Below, in pieces: positions 15,893 through 24,196 of a stretch of 38,474 nucleotides of DNA (position 1 is the stretch's first letter; each line of letters opens with the position of its first letter). The notes under the pieces are model-generated. The model worked only from the letters and a program-made list of their open reading frames with translations, did no database searches and was not told the DNA's origin. This DNA comes from a virus (lineage: Duplodnaviria > Heunggongvirae > Uroviricota > Caudoviricetes), in the IMG/VR virus record IMGVR_UViG_2778261226_000006; one strand, given 5' to 3'. Both the position numbers and the translations under genes were made by a program.

Positions 15893-16726
15893 ATGACAGT
15901 GAAAGCAAAGCGTTTTCGCATCGGGGTGGAAGGTGCCACCACCGACGGACGCGAAATCCAGCGTGAATGGCTGGAACAGATGGCAGCCAGCTACAACCCG
16001 GCGGTGTACACCGCGCTGATTAACCTTGAGCACATCAAGTCTTATCTGCCGGACAGCACCTTTAACCGCTACGGCAAGGTGACGGCGCTGTTTGCTGAAG
16101 AAATCACGGAAGGTCCGCTGGCGGGCAAGATGGCACTGTATGCCGACGTTGAGCCAACGGAGTCCCTGGTGGAACTGGTGAAAAAAGGCCAGAAATTATT
16201 CACCTCTATGGAAGTCAGCCCGAAGTTTGCTGATACGGGCAAAGCCTACCTGGTCGGCCTGGCTGCTACAGATGATCCCGCCAGTCTGGGTACGGAAATG
16301 CTGACATTCAGCGCCAGTGCAGCCCATAACCCGCTGGCAAACCGCAAGCAGAATCCTGCCAATCTCTTTACCGCTGCAGAGGAAACGGTGATCGAACTGG
16401 AAGAAATCCAGGATGACAAACCGTCCCTGTTTTCCCGCGTCACGGCGCTGTTCACCAAAAAAGAGCAGTCAGACGATGCCCGGTTCTCTGATGTGCATAA
16501 GGCCGTGGAGCTGGTCGCCACTGAGCAGCAAAACCTGAGTGCGCGCACCGAAAAATCCCTGTCTGAACAGGAAGAACGCCTGTCTGAGCTGGAGACAGCC
16601 CTGCAGGCACAGCAGACCGCCTTTAACGAACTGGTGGACAAGCTGAGCCATGAAGACAGCCGCCAGGACTACCGCCAGCGTGCAACAGGCGGTAACGCCC
16701 CCGCTGACACTCTGACCAATTGCTGA
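15893..16726 (+). CDS. O: Capsid scaffolding protein/protease (P2 gpO)
   Basis: N-terminus MTVKAKRFRIGVEGATTDGREI... matches the gpO family. Size and position fit. Confidence 0.9.
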   Translation: MTVKAKRFRIGVEGATTDGREIQREWLEQMAASYNPAVYTALINLEHIKSYLPDSTFNRYGKVTALFAEEITEGPLAGKMALYADVEPTESLVELVKKGQKLFTSMEVSPKFADTGKAYLVGLAATDDPASLGTEMLTFSASAAHNPLANRKQNPANLFTAAEETVIELEEIQDDKPSLFSRVTALFTKKEQSDDARFSDVHKAVELVATEQQNLSARTEKSLSEQEERLSELETALQAQQTAFNELVDKLSHEDSRQDYRQRATGGNAPADTLTNC

Positions 16727-16742
16727 TGGAGCACAAAACCTG

Positions 16743-17801
16743 ATGAAGAAGAATACCCGCTTTGCTTTTAACGCTTACCTGCAGCAGCTGGCGCGTCTGA
16801 ACGGTGTGGCAGTTGAAGAACTGTCCAGCAAGTTCACTGTAGAGCCGTCCGTGCAGCAGACGCTGGAAGACCAGATCCAGCAGTCCGCCGCATTCCTGAC
16901 GCTGATTAACGTCACGCCAGTGACTGAGCAGTCCGGTCAGCTGCTTGGATTGGGTGTTGGCAGCACCATTGCCGGAACCACTGATACCACCGCGAAAGAG
17001 CGTGAGCCTGTCGATCCGACGCTGATGGTCGATGTGGAATATAAATGCGAGCAGACCAACTTTGACACGGTGCTGACCTACGCGAAGCTGGATCTGTGGG
17101 CGAAGTTTCAGGATTTCCAGGTGCGCATCCGTGACGCCATCGTGAAACGTCAGGCACTGGACCGCATCATGATCGGCTTTAACGGCGTGAAGCGTGCGAA
17201 AACCTCCAACCGTAGCGAAAACCCGCTGCTGCAGGATGTGAACAAAGGCTGGCTGCAGAAAATCCGTGAGGATGCACCGGATCACGTCATGGGCAGCACC
17301 ACCACGGGCGGTGAAACCACTCCGGGGGCGGTGAAAGTCGGGAAAGGTGGCGAATATGCCAACCTGGACGCCGTGGTGATGGATGCCGTTAATGAGCTTA
17401 TCGACGTGGTCTACCAGGACGATGACGATCTGGTGGTGATTTGTGGTCGTGAACTGCTGTCTGACAAGTATTTCCCGCTGGTCAACAAAGAGCAGGAAAA
17501 CAGTGAAAAACTGGCTGCCGATATGATCATCAGCCAGAAACGCATGGGTGGCCTGCAGGCCGTGCGTGCGCCATTCTTCCCGCCGAATGCGCTGCTGATC
17601 ACCCGTCTGGATAACCTGTCCATCTACTGGCAGGAAGACACCCGCCGCCGTTCAGTTATCGACAACCCGAAACGTGACCGGATTGAAAACTTTGAATCCG
17701 TTAACGAAGCCTATGTGGTTGAGGACTACCGCTGCGCCGCACTGGTGGAAAACATCCAGATTGGCGACTTCAGCGCCGCCGCAGCAGAAACCGGAGCGTA
17801 A
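16743..17801 (+). CDS. N: Major capsid protein (P2 gpN)
   Basis: 352 aa at the P2 N position with P2-family capsid sequence. Confidence 0.92.
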   Translation: MKKNTRFAFNAYLQQLARLNGVAVEELSSKFTVEPSVQQTLEDQIQQSAAFLTLINVTPVTEQSGQLLGLGVGSTIAGTTDTTAKEREPVDPTLMVDVEYKCEQTNFDTVLTYAKLDLWAKFQDFQVRIRDAIVKRQALDRIMIGFNGVKRAKTSNRSENPLLQDVNKGWLQKIREDAPDHVMGSTTTGGETTPGAVKVGKGGEYANLDAVVMDAVNELIDVVYQDDDDLVVICGRELLSDKYFPLVNKEQENSEKLAADMIISQKRMGGLQAVRAPFFPPNALLITRLDNLSIYWQEDTRRRSVIDNPKRDRIENFESVNEAYVVEDYRCAALVENIQIGDFSAAAAETGA

Positions 17802-17804
17802 TCC

Positions 17805-18455
17805 ATGAGCCTGAGTCCCGCACGGCAGCATCGCCTGCGCGTTCAGGCTGAACAGGCCGCCCGTGAGGGTGGCAGTGTTCGCCACGCGTCGGGCTATGAC
17901 CTGATGCTGCTGCAACTGGCAGAAGACCGCCGCCGTCTCAAGGGCGTTCAGTCCACGGTGAAAAAAGCGGAAATCAAGGTGGAGCTGCTGCCGAAATATG
18001 CCGCCTGGGCGGAGGGCGTCCTGGCTGCCGGAGGCGCTCAACAGGATGACGTGCTGATGTACGTGATGCTGTGGCGCATTGATGCCGGAGATTATGCCGG
18101 GGCGCTGGAGATCGGGCGTCATGCCCTGCGTCATGGCTGGGTGATGCCGCTGGGTAACCGCAACGTGCAGACCGTGCTGGCAGAGGAAATGGCAGACGCC
18201 GCGCAGAGCGCAATACTTGCCGCCACCGGCTTTGATGCCGATCTGTTGTTGCAGACGCTGGAGCTGACAGACGGTCTGGATATGCCGGACCAGTCACGGG
18301 CGCGTCTGCATAAAGCGATTGGCGCTGTCCTGAGTGAAAGCAATCCGGCTTCCGCCCTTAATCATCTCAACCATGCGTTACAGCTCGATCCCCGCTGTGG
18401 CGTGAAAAAAGACAAACAGCAGCTGGAGCGCAGACTGCGCAATGACAGCCGCTGA
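17805..18455 (+). CDS. M: Terminase small (endonuclease) subunit (P2 gpM)
   Basis: GAQQDDVLMYVMLWRIDAGDYAGALEIGRHALRHG parallels P2 gpM. Confidence 0.85.
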   Translation: MSLSPARQHRLRVQAEQAAREGGSVRHASGYDLMLLQLAEDRRRLKGVQSTVKKAEIKVELLPKYAAWAEGVLAAGGAQQDDVLMYVMLWRIDAGDYAGALEIGRHALRHGWVMPLGNRNVQTVLAEEMADAAQSAILAATGFDADLLLQTLELTDGLDMPDQSRARLHKAIGAVLSESNPASALNHLNHALQLDPRCGVKKDKQQLERRLRNDSR

Positions 18456-18550
18456 CAGAACGTGCCCCCGCGCACGGGCGGCACGGGGTGGCGAAAGGCA
18501 CTGCCACATCAAAACCCCGTCCACCGCCCTCTATTTCAGGAGAAAGCAGC

Positions 18551-19015
18551 ATGAAGTTTGTTGCGCCAGAACAGGCACCGGAACAGGCGGAAATCATCAG
18601 GAATACGCCGTTCTGGCCTGATGTGGACTTGTCGGAGTTTCGCAGTGTCATGCGCACTGACGGCACGGTGACGCAGCCGCGTTTAAAGCAGGTTGCGCTG
18701 TCGGCAATTTCGGAGGTTAACGCAGAGCTGTATGAGTTTCGCAGACGTCAGCAGATGCTGGGGTATGCGTCGCTGGCTGAGGTTCCGGCGGAACAGCTGG
18801 ACGGCAAAAGTGAGCGCATCCAGCACTATTTCAACGCGGTTTACTGCTGGGCATGCGCCATGCTCAACGAACGATACCAGGACTATGACGCCACGGCATC
18901 CGGTGTGAAGCGAGGCGAGGAACTGGCGGAATCCAGCGGTGATTTGTGGCGTGACGCCCGCTGGGCCATCAGCCGGGTGCAGGATGCGCCGCACTGCACA
19001 GTGGAGCTTATCTGA
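18551..19015 (+). CDS. L: Head completion/stabilisation protein (P2 gpL)
   Basis: AGGAGA RBS before ATG 18551. Position and size fit. The stop overlaps the X start. Confidence 0.85.
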   Translation: MKFVAPEQAPEQAEIIRNTPFWPDVDLSEFRSVMRTDGTVTQPRLKQVALSAISEVNAELYEFRRRQQMLGYASLAEVPAEQLDGKSERIQHYFNAVYCWACAMLNERYQDYDATASGVKRGEELAESSGDLWRDARWAISRVQDAPHCTVELI

Positions 19016-19218
19016 TGAAAGTGCGTGCGCATCAGTATGACACGGTGGACGCGCTTTGCTGGCGTCATTACGGGCGCACGCAGGGTGTCACGGAGCAGGT
19101 ACTGAAGGCAAATCCGGGGCTTGCCGAATATGGCCCCTTTTTACCTCACGGGCTGCAGGTGGAGCTGCCGGACATTCCGACCACCACCACCGTGCAGACC
19201 GTCCAGCTATGGGACTGA
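19015..19218 (+). CDS. X: Tail protein X (LysM-like)
   Basis: 67 aa beginning MKVRAHQYDTVDALCWRHYG..., which is the gpX family. Confidence 0.85.
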   Translation: MKVRAHQYDTVDALCWRHYGRTQGVTEQVLKANPGLAEYGPFLPHGLQVELPDIPTTTTVQTVQLWD

Positions 19219-19221
19219 ATT

Positions 19222-19437
19222 ATGACGCTTGAGCGAATCAGCGCCTTTATCACGTACTGCATCGCCGTTGTGCTGGCCTGGCTGGGTGATTTGTCCATCA
19301 AGGATGCCTCAACGCTGGGCGGCCTGATGATCGGTGTGCTGATGCTGGCTATCAACTGGTACTACAAACACAAAGCCTACCAGCTTCTGCGCGACGGGCA
19401 GATCTCGCGGGAGGACTATGAATCCATCAATCGTTAA
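19222..19437 (+). CDS. Holin (two-TM, small)
   Basis: 71 aa with two hydrophobic helices and a charged C-terminus. It lies immediately upstream of, and overlaps, the endolysin. Confidence 0.75.
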   Translation: MTLERISAFITYCIAVVLAWLGDLSIKDASTLGGLMIGVLMLAINWYYKHKAYQLLRDGQISREDYESINR

Positions 19438-19930
19438 ACGCTGCCTTGTCGGGGCCGTGCTGGCTATTGCTGCCACGCTGCCGGGTTTTCAGCAGCTTCA
19501 CACCTCCGTGGAAGGGCTGAAACTGATTGCCGATTACGAAGGTTGTCGTCTGCAGCCGTATCAGTGCAGCGCGGGTGTCTGGACCGACGGCATTGGTAAT
19601 ACGTCGGGCGTCATTCCCGGCAAAACCATTACGGAGCGACAGGCAGCAGAAGGGCTGATCTCCAACGTGCTGCGTGTGGAGCGGGCGCTGGAAAGGTGTG
19701 TGAAGCAACAGCCGCCGCAGAAGGTGTATGACGCTGCGGTGTCGTTTGCCTTCAACGTGGGTACGGGCAATGCCTGCAGTTCCACGCTGGTGAAATTGCT
19801 CAATCAGCGGCGCTGGGCGGATGCGTGCCGACAGTTGCCGCGCTGGGTGTATGTAAAAGGTGTGTTTAATCAGGGGCTGGATAACCGCCGTGCGCGGGAG
19901 ATGGCCTGGTGCTTACAGGGAGCAAACTGA
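19418..19930 (+). CDS. SAR endolysin (T4-lysozyme-like glycoside hydrolase, signal-anchor-release type)
   Basis: N-terminal weakly hydrophobic CLVGAVLAIAATLPG and the catalytic pattern YEGCRLQPYQCSAGVWTDGIGNT (E-D-T triad). Confidence 0.9.
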   Translation: MNPSIVKRCLVGAVLAIAATLPGFQQLHTSVEGLKLIADYEGCRLQPYQCSAGVWTDGIGNTSGVIPGKTITERQAAEGLISNVLRVERALERCVKQQPPQKVYDAAVSFAFNVGTGNACSSTLVKLLNQRRWADACRQLPRWVYVKGVFNQGLDNRRAREMAWCLQGAN

Positions 19931-19931
19931 A

Positions 19932-20309
19932 ATGAAAAAGAAAGTAATCAGCGGGCTGTTTCTGATGTTATGGATAGCGCTGTTAATCGCCGCAATGGTG
20001 TATCCGCAGGGGATTTTTCCGGTACTGGCAGCATCTGGTGTCTGGGTAGCCTGTGTGCTGACATGGGCAGTAATTCCGGTATCACTGGCTGCGTTAATTA
20101 AGAACGGCCCGCTCTGGCAGGAGTTGAGGGCATCTTTGCTGAAGACAATTACCCGAAAAGAAAACGTATTTATCAGCTGGATGATGCGATTGCTGATTGT
20201 CGTCAGTCTCGCCTGGACGGGGTGGGCTATTACCCTGGTCTTTTATCTACTGACCGTTATTGCCTTCTGGATCACCCGTAATCAGATGGCGCAACAGGTA
20301 GCAGCATGA
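19932..20309 (+). CDS. lysA: LysA-like multi-pass membrane protein (lysis timing)
   Basis: 125 aa with about 4 TM helices, located between the endolysin and the spanins as in P2. Confidence 0.6.
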   Translation: MKKKVISGLFLMLWIALLIAAMVYPQGIFPVLAASGVWVACVLTWAVIPVSLAALIKNGPLWQELRASLLKTITRKENVFISWMMRLLIVVSLAWTGWAITLVFYLLTVIAFWITRNQMAQQVAA

Positions 20310-20734
20310 ACCGGTTGCTGCTGGTTGTGCTGGCGTTATTACTGGCGGCGCTGGGCTGGCAGACGTGGCGGCTGGCTGATGCCAGCCAGACCATCAGCAC
20401 GCAGGCAGATGAGCTTCGGAGCAAAAGCCAGGCACTGGCAAAGAGCAACAGCCAGCTTATCAGCCTGTCCATTCTGACAGAAACCAACAACCGGGAGCAG
20501 GCGCGACTCTATGCCGACGCAGAACAGACCAGCGCACTACTGAGACAACGACAACACCGGATTGAGGAACTGAAACGTGAGAACGAGAATTTACGCCGCT
20601 GGGCTGATACTCCTTTGCCTGCTGACATTATCCGGCTGCGGGAACGCCCCACACTCACCGGAGGTGCAGCTTACCGTCAGTGGTTGTCCGCGAGTGACGC
20701 AGTGTCGGCTGGGGCAGGCAGCGCCTCGCACTAA
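20306..20734 (+). CDS. lysB: i-spanin (Rz / P2 LysB-like)
   Basis: N-terminal TM LLLVVLALLLAALGW followed by a coiled-coil periplasmic domain. Confidence 0.8.
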   Translation: MNRLLLVVLALLLAALGWQTWRLADASQTISTQADELRSKSQALAKSNSQLISLSILTETNNREQARLYADAEQTSALLRQRQHRIEELKRENENLRRWADTPLPADIIRLRERPTLTGGAAYRQWLSASDAVSAGAGSASH

Positions 20735-20867
20735 CGGTGACCTGAACGCGTTGCTGGATGAAACGGAGGCCGCCTGGGCGGTCTGTGCAGACAAAGTGGA
20801 CATGATTATTGCGTGTCAGGAGCGAAACAGTGAACAAACCACAATCCCTGCGCCACGCCCTCAATAA
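20577..20867 (+). CDS. lysC: o-spanin lipoprotein (Rz1 / P2 LysC-like), overlapped arrangement
   Basis: Lipobox LLTLSGC. It starts in an alternative frame inside lysB and extends beyond it. Confidence 0.8.
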   Translation: MRTRIYAAGLILLCLLTLSGCGNAPHSPEVQLTVSGCPRVTQCRLGQAAPRTNGDLNALLDETEAAWAVCADKVDMIIACQERNSEQTTIPAPRPQ

Positions 20868-21261
20868 AGCGGTGCCTTATGTCCGCAATAACCCGGACAA
20901 ACTGCATCTGTTTGTGGATAACGGTTCGCTGGTTGCCACGGGGGCCAGCTCCATGTCGTGGGAGTACCGTTACACACTGAACGCGGTGATTGAGGATTTC
21001 AGCGGCGACCAGAATCTGCTGATGGCCCCGGTTTTGCTGTGGCTGAGGGATAACCAGCCCGATGCCATCAATAACCCGGCGTTACGGGAAAAGCTATTCA
21101 CCTTTGAGGTGGATATTCTGCGCAACGATGTCTGTGATATCAGCCTGAACCTGCAACTGACGGAACGTGTGCTGGTCAGCACTGACGGCAGTGTGTCGAG
21201 CGTTGAAGCTATAGCGGAACCTGATGCACCTGAAGAAATGTGGACGGTGAAACGTGGCTGA
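20830..21261 (+). CDS. R: Tail completion protein R
   Basis: KPQSLRHALNKAV...LHLFVDNGS...YRYTLNAVIEDFSGD...VLLWLRDNQPD parallels P2 gpR. GTG 20830 lies 7 nt after AGGAG. Confidence 0.85.
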   Translation: MNKPQSLRHALNKAVPYVRNNPDKLHLFVDNGSLVATGASSMSWEYRYTLNAVIEDFSGDQNLLMAPVLLWLRDNQPDAINNPALREKLFTFEVDILRNDVCDISLNLQLTERVLVSTDGSVSSVEAIAEPDAPEEMWTVKRG

Positions 21262-21700
21262 ACTGCAGAAGGTGGACGACTGGCTGAGTGCCTTGCTGGC
21301 GAATCTGGAACCAGCCTCGAGAAGCCGCATGATGCGCCAGCTGGCGCAGGAACTTCGCCGGACACAGCAGCAGAATATCAGGATGCAGCGCAACCCTGAC
21401 GGCAGCAGCTATGAACCGCGACGGGTAACAGCACGCAGTAAAAAAGGCCGTATCAAACGTCAGATGTTTGCAAAGCTGCGCACCACAAAATACCTGAAAA
21501 CTGCTGCCAGCACCGACTCTGCCAGCGTGCAGTTTGAAGGCAAGGTGCAGCGCATTGCCCGCGTTCACCATTACGGCCTGCGAGATCGCGTCAGTCGTAA
21601 GGGACCGGAGGTGCGTTACGCAGAGCGTCGCCTTCTGGGTGTAAATGATGATGTTGAGGCAATGACCCGCGACATGATTCTGCAATGGCTGGCGGGGTGA
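21254..21700 (+). CDS. S: Tail completion protein S
   Basis: 148 aa at the gpS position with a GTG start that overlaps the R stop. Confidence 0.85.
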   Translation: MAELQKVDDWLSALLANLEPASRSRMMRQLAQELRRTQQQNIRMQRNPDGSSYEPRRVTARSKKGRIKRQMFAKLRTTKYLKTAASTDSASVQFEGKVQRIARVHHYGLRDRVSRKGPEVRYAERRLLGVNDDVEAMTRDMILQWLAG

Positions 21701-21704
21701 TCTT

Positions 21705-21722
21705 TGTATCAGCACTGATACA
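21705..21722. promoter_or_regulatory. Late-activator site (TGT-N12-ACA), PV-like
   Basis: TGTatcagcactgatACA is a near-perfect palindrome, 47 nt upstream of the V start. Confidence 0.55.
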
Positions 21723-21768
21723 AGTTGCAGCACTGCCGCCTTTCTTCCCCTGATGGCAACCTTTCCCT

Positions 21769-22347
21769 ATGAACGCACAATTAACCGAAATCATGCGCCT
21801 TATCACCAACCTGATCCGCACAGGGGTAGTCACCGAAGTGGACAGGGAAAACTGGCTTTGCCGGGTGAAAACGGGCGAGCTTGAAACCAACTGGATCAGC
21901 TGGCTGACGCTGCGTGCCGGGAATGCCCGTACATGGTGGCGACCATCGGAAGGTGAGCAGGTGGTGCTGCTGAGTCTGGGCGGCAATCTGGAAACCGCCT
22001 TTGCGCTGCCCGCTGTCTATTCGAATCAGTTCGCACCACCGTCGACGTCGGCGGACGCCTGCGTGACAGAACATCCTGACGGTGGCTGGTTTGAATACGA
22101 ACCCGCCACCGGGCGCTGGTATGTCAGGGGCATCAAATCAATGGTCATTGAGGCTGCTGACAACATCACCATGAAAACCAGTGAGTTTGTACTGGAGGCT
22201 GACCGCACGCGCATTAACAGCGAAGTGGTGATCAATGGTGGCGTTACCCAGGGCGGCGGAGCGATGAGTTCTAACGGGATCGTGGTTGATGCGCATCAGC
22301 ATACTGGCGTCCTGAAAGGCGGCGATACAACCGGAGGCCCGGTATGA
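21769..22347 (+). CDS. V: Baseplate spike/assembly protein V
   Basis: gpV family N-terminus with an OB-fold region (…RVKTGELETNWISWLTLRAG…). Confidence 0.9.
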   Translation: MNAQLTEIMRLITNLIRTGVVTEVDRENWLCRVKTGELETNWISWLTLRAGNARTWWRPSEGEQVVLLSLGGNLETAFALPAVYSNQFAPPSTSADACVTEHPDGGWFEYEPATGRWYVRGIKSMVIEAADNITMKTSEFVLEADRTRINSEVVINGGVTQGGGAMSSNGIVVDAHQHTGVLKGGDTTGGPV

Positions 22348-22703
22348 CGCTTTATAGCGGGATGAACAATACCAGCGGCAAAGTCATTACTGATATTGAT
22401 CATCTGCGCCAGTCGGTGCGGGACATTCTGCTGACACCGCAGGGTAGCCGTATTGCCCGCCGGGAATATGGTTCCCTGCTGTCGGCACTGATAGATCAGC
22501 CACAAAATCCGGCATTACGCCTGCAGGTCATGTCGGCAGTGTATGTGGCGCTGAGTCGCTGGGAGCCACGGTTGACGCTGGATTCCATCACCATCAACAG
22601 CAATTTTGACGGTTCAATGGTGGTGGAGCTGACCGGGCGGCGGAATAACGGTGTGCCTGTGTCCCTTTCCGTATCAACAGGAGCAGAGAATGGCAGTGAT
22701 TGA
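22344..22703 (+). CDS. W: Baseplate wedge protein W (gp25-like)
   Basis: 119 aa containing SVRDILLTPQGSRIARREYGS..., the GPW/gp25 family. Confidence 0.9.
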   Translation: MTLYSGMNNTSGKVITDIDHLRQSVRDILLTPQGSRIARREYGSLLSALIDQPQNPALRLQVMSAVYVALSRWEPRLTLDSITINSNFDGSMVVELTGRRNNGVPVSLSVSTGAENGSD

Positions 22704-23598
22704 CCTTTCGCAGTTGCCTGCACCGCAGATTGTGGATGTGCCGGACTTTGAGACGCTGCTTGCCGAACGCAAGGCAGAATTTGTGGCGCTTCATCCGAAA
22801 GATGAGCAGGAAGCAGTGATCCGCACGCTGGAACTGGAATCTGAACCCGCCACTAAATTGTTGCAGGAGAACGCTTACCGTGAGTTGCTTCTGCGCCAGC
22901 GCATTAACGAAGCCGCGCAGGCGGTGATGGTGGCTTACGCGATGGGCGGCGATCTTGACCAGCTCGCTGCCAACTACAACGTGACACGCCTGACGGTGAC
23001 GCCTGCTGATAATGATGCTGTGCCGCCCGTTGCAGCTGTGATGGAAAGCGATGAAGCGTTGCGCCTGCGTGTGCCTGCAGCCTTTGAAGGGCTTTCTGTT
23101 GCGGGGCCAACTGCAGCTTATGAATTTCATGCCCGAAGCGCCGACGGTCGGGTGGCGGATGCCAGTGCAACCAGCCCGGCACCTGCAGAGGTGGTGCTGA
23201 CTGTCCTTAGCCGCGAAGGCGATGGAACTGCAGAAAAAGACCTGCTGGACGTGGTGGAAAAAGCTCTGAACAGTGAGAACGTCCGCCCGGTGGCTGACCG
23301 TCTTACGGTTCGCAGCGCAGAAATCATCCCGTATCGCGTGGAAGCCACCATTTTTCTCTATCCGGGACCGGAAGTAGAGCCGGTAATGGCAGCGGCAAAA
23401 GCCAGTCTGCAGAAGTACATTGCCAGCCAGACGAGGCTTGGTCGGGATATTCGCCGTAGCGCCATCTTTGCTGCTCTGCATGTTGAGGGTGTTCAACGTG
23501 TGGAACTGGCTTCTCCGCTGGCGGATGTGGTCCTGAACAAAACACAGGCGGCATCATGTACGCAGTGGAGCGTAACCAACGGAGGAACGGATGAATAG
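22690..23598 (+). CDS. J: Baseplate protein J
   Basis: 302 aa from ATG 22690 (MAVIDLSQLPAPQIV...), the gpJ family. Confidence 0.9.
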   Translation: MAVIDLSQLPAPQIVDVPDFETLLAERKAEFVALHPKDEQEAVIRTLELESEPATKLLQENAYRELLLRQRINEAAQAVMVAYAMGGDLDQLAANYNVTRLTVTPADNDAVPPVAAVMESDEALRLRVPAAFEGLSVAGPTAAYEFHARSADGRVADASATSPAPAEVVLTVLSREGDGTAEKDLLDVVEKALNSENVRPVADRLTVRSAEIIPYRVEATIFLYPGPEVEPVMAAAKASLQKYIASQTRLGRDIRRSAIFAALHVEGVQRVELASPLADVVLNKTQAASCTQWSVTNGGTDE

Positions 23599-24196
23599 TC
23601 TGCTGCCACCGGGTTCAACTTCACTGGAGCGCCGACTGGCGCAAACCTGTAGCGGGATTTCTGATTTGCAGGTGCCGCTGCGTGACTTGTGGAATCCGGC
23701 TACCTGTCCGGTCAGCTTCCTGCCTTATCTCGCCTGGGCGTTCTCTGTGGATCGCTGGGATGAGGGCTGGACAGAAAGCGTCAAACGCCAGGTAGTGAAG
23801 GATGCTTTTTATATTCATCAGCATAAAGGAACCACCAGTGCCGTGCGGCGGGTGGTGGAACCGTTCGGATTCCTGATCCGCATTATTGAGTGGTGGCAGA
23901 CCGGAGAAACACCGGGCACGTTTCGCCTGGATATCGGCGTGCAGGACCAGGGCATCACTGAAGATACCTATCTGGAACTTGAGCGACTGATAAGCGATGC
24001 CAAACCATGTAGCCGCCACATGATCGGCATGTCCATCAATCTGCAGACCAGCGGCCCGCATTGGGTGGGAGCCGCCAGCTATCTTGGCGAAGAAATCACG
24101 ATCTATCCGTATATCAACGAAACGATTATTTCCGGTGGCACCGCGCATGAAGGCGGGGCGGTCCATGTTATTGACACAATGAGAGTGAATCCATGA
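23591..24196 (+). CDS. I: Baseplate/tail protein I
   Basis: LLPPGSTSLERRLA...FLPYLAWAFSVD matches the gpI family. Confidence 0.88.
   Translation: MNSLLPPGSTSLERRLAQTCSGISDLQVPLRDLWNPATCPVSFLPYLAWAFSVDRWDEGWTESVKRQVVKDAFYIHQHKGTTSAVRRVVEPFGFLIRIIEWWQTGETPGTFRLDIGVQDQGITEDTYLELERLISDAKPCSRHMIGMSINLQTSGPHWVGAASYLGEEITIYPYINETIISGGTAHEGGAVHVIDTMRVNP

Noticed and set aside
16623-17285. 220-aa antisense ORF within the major capsid gene; similar antisense ORFs at 21209-21733, 22594-23496, 29164-29748 and 33449-34254
   Set aside because: All are fully embedded opposite well-supported P2 structural genes. Their composition is artefactual and no start signals are present.
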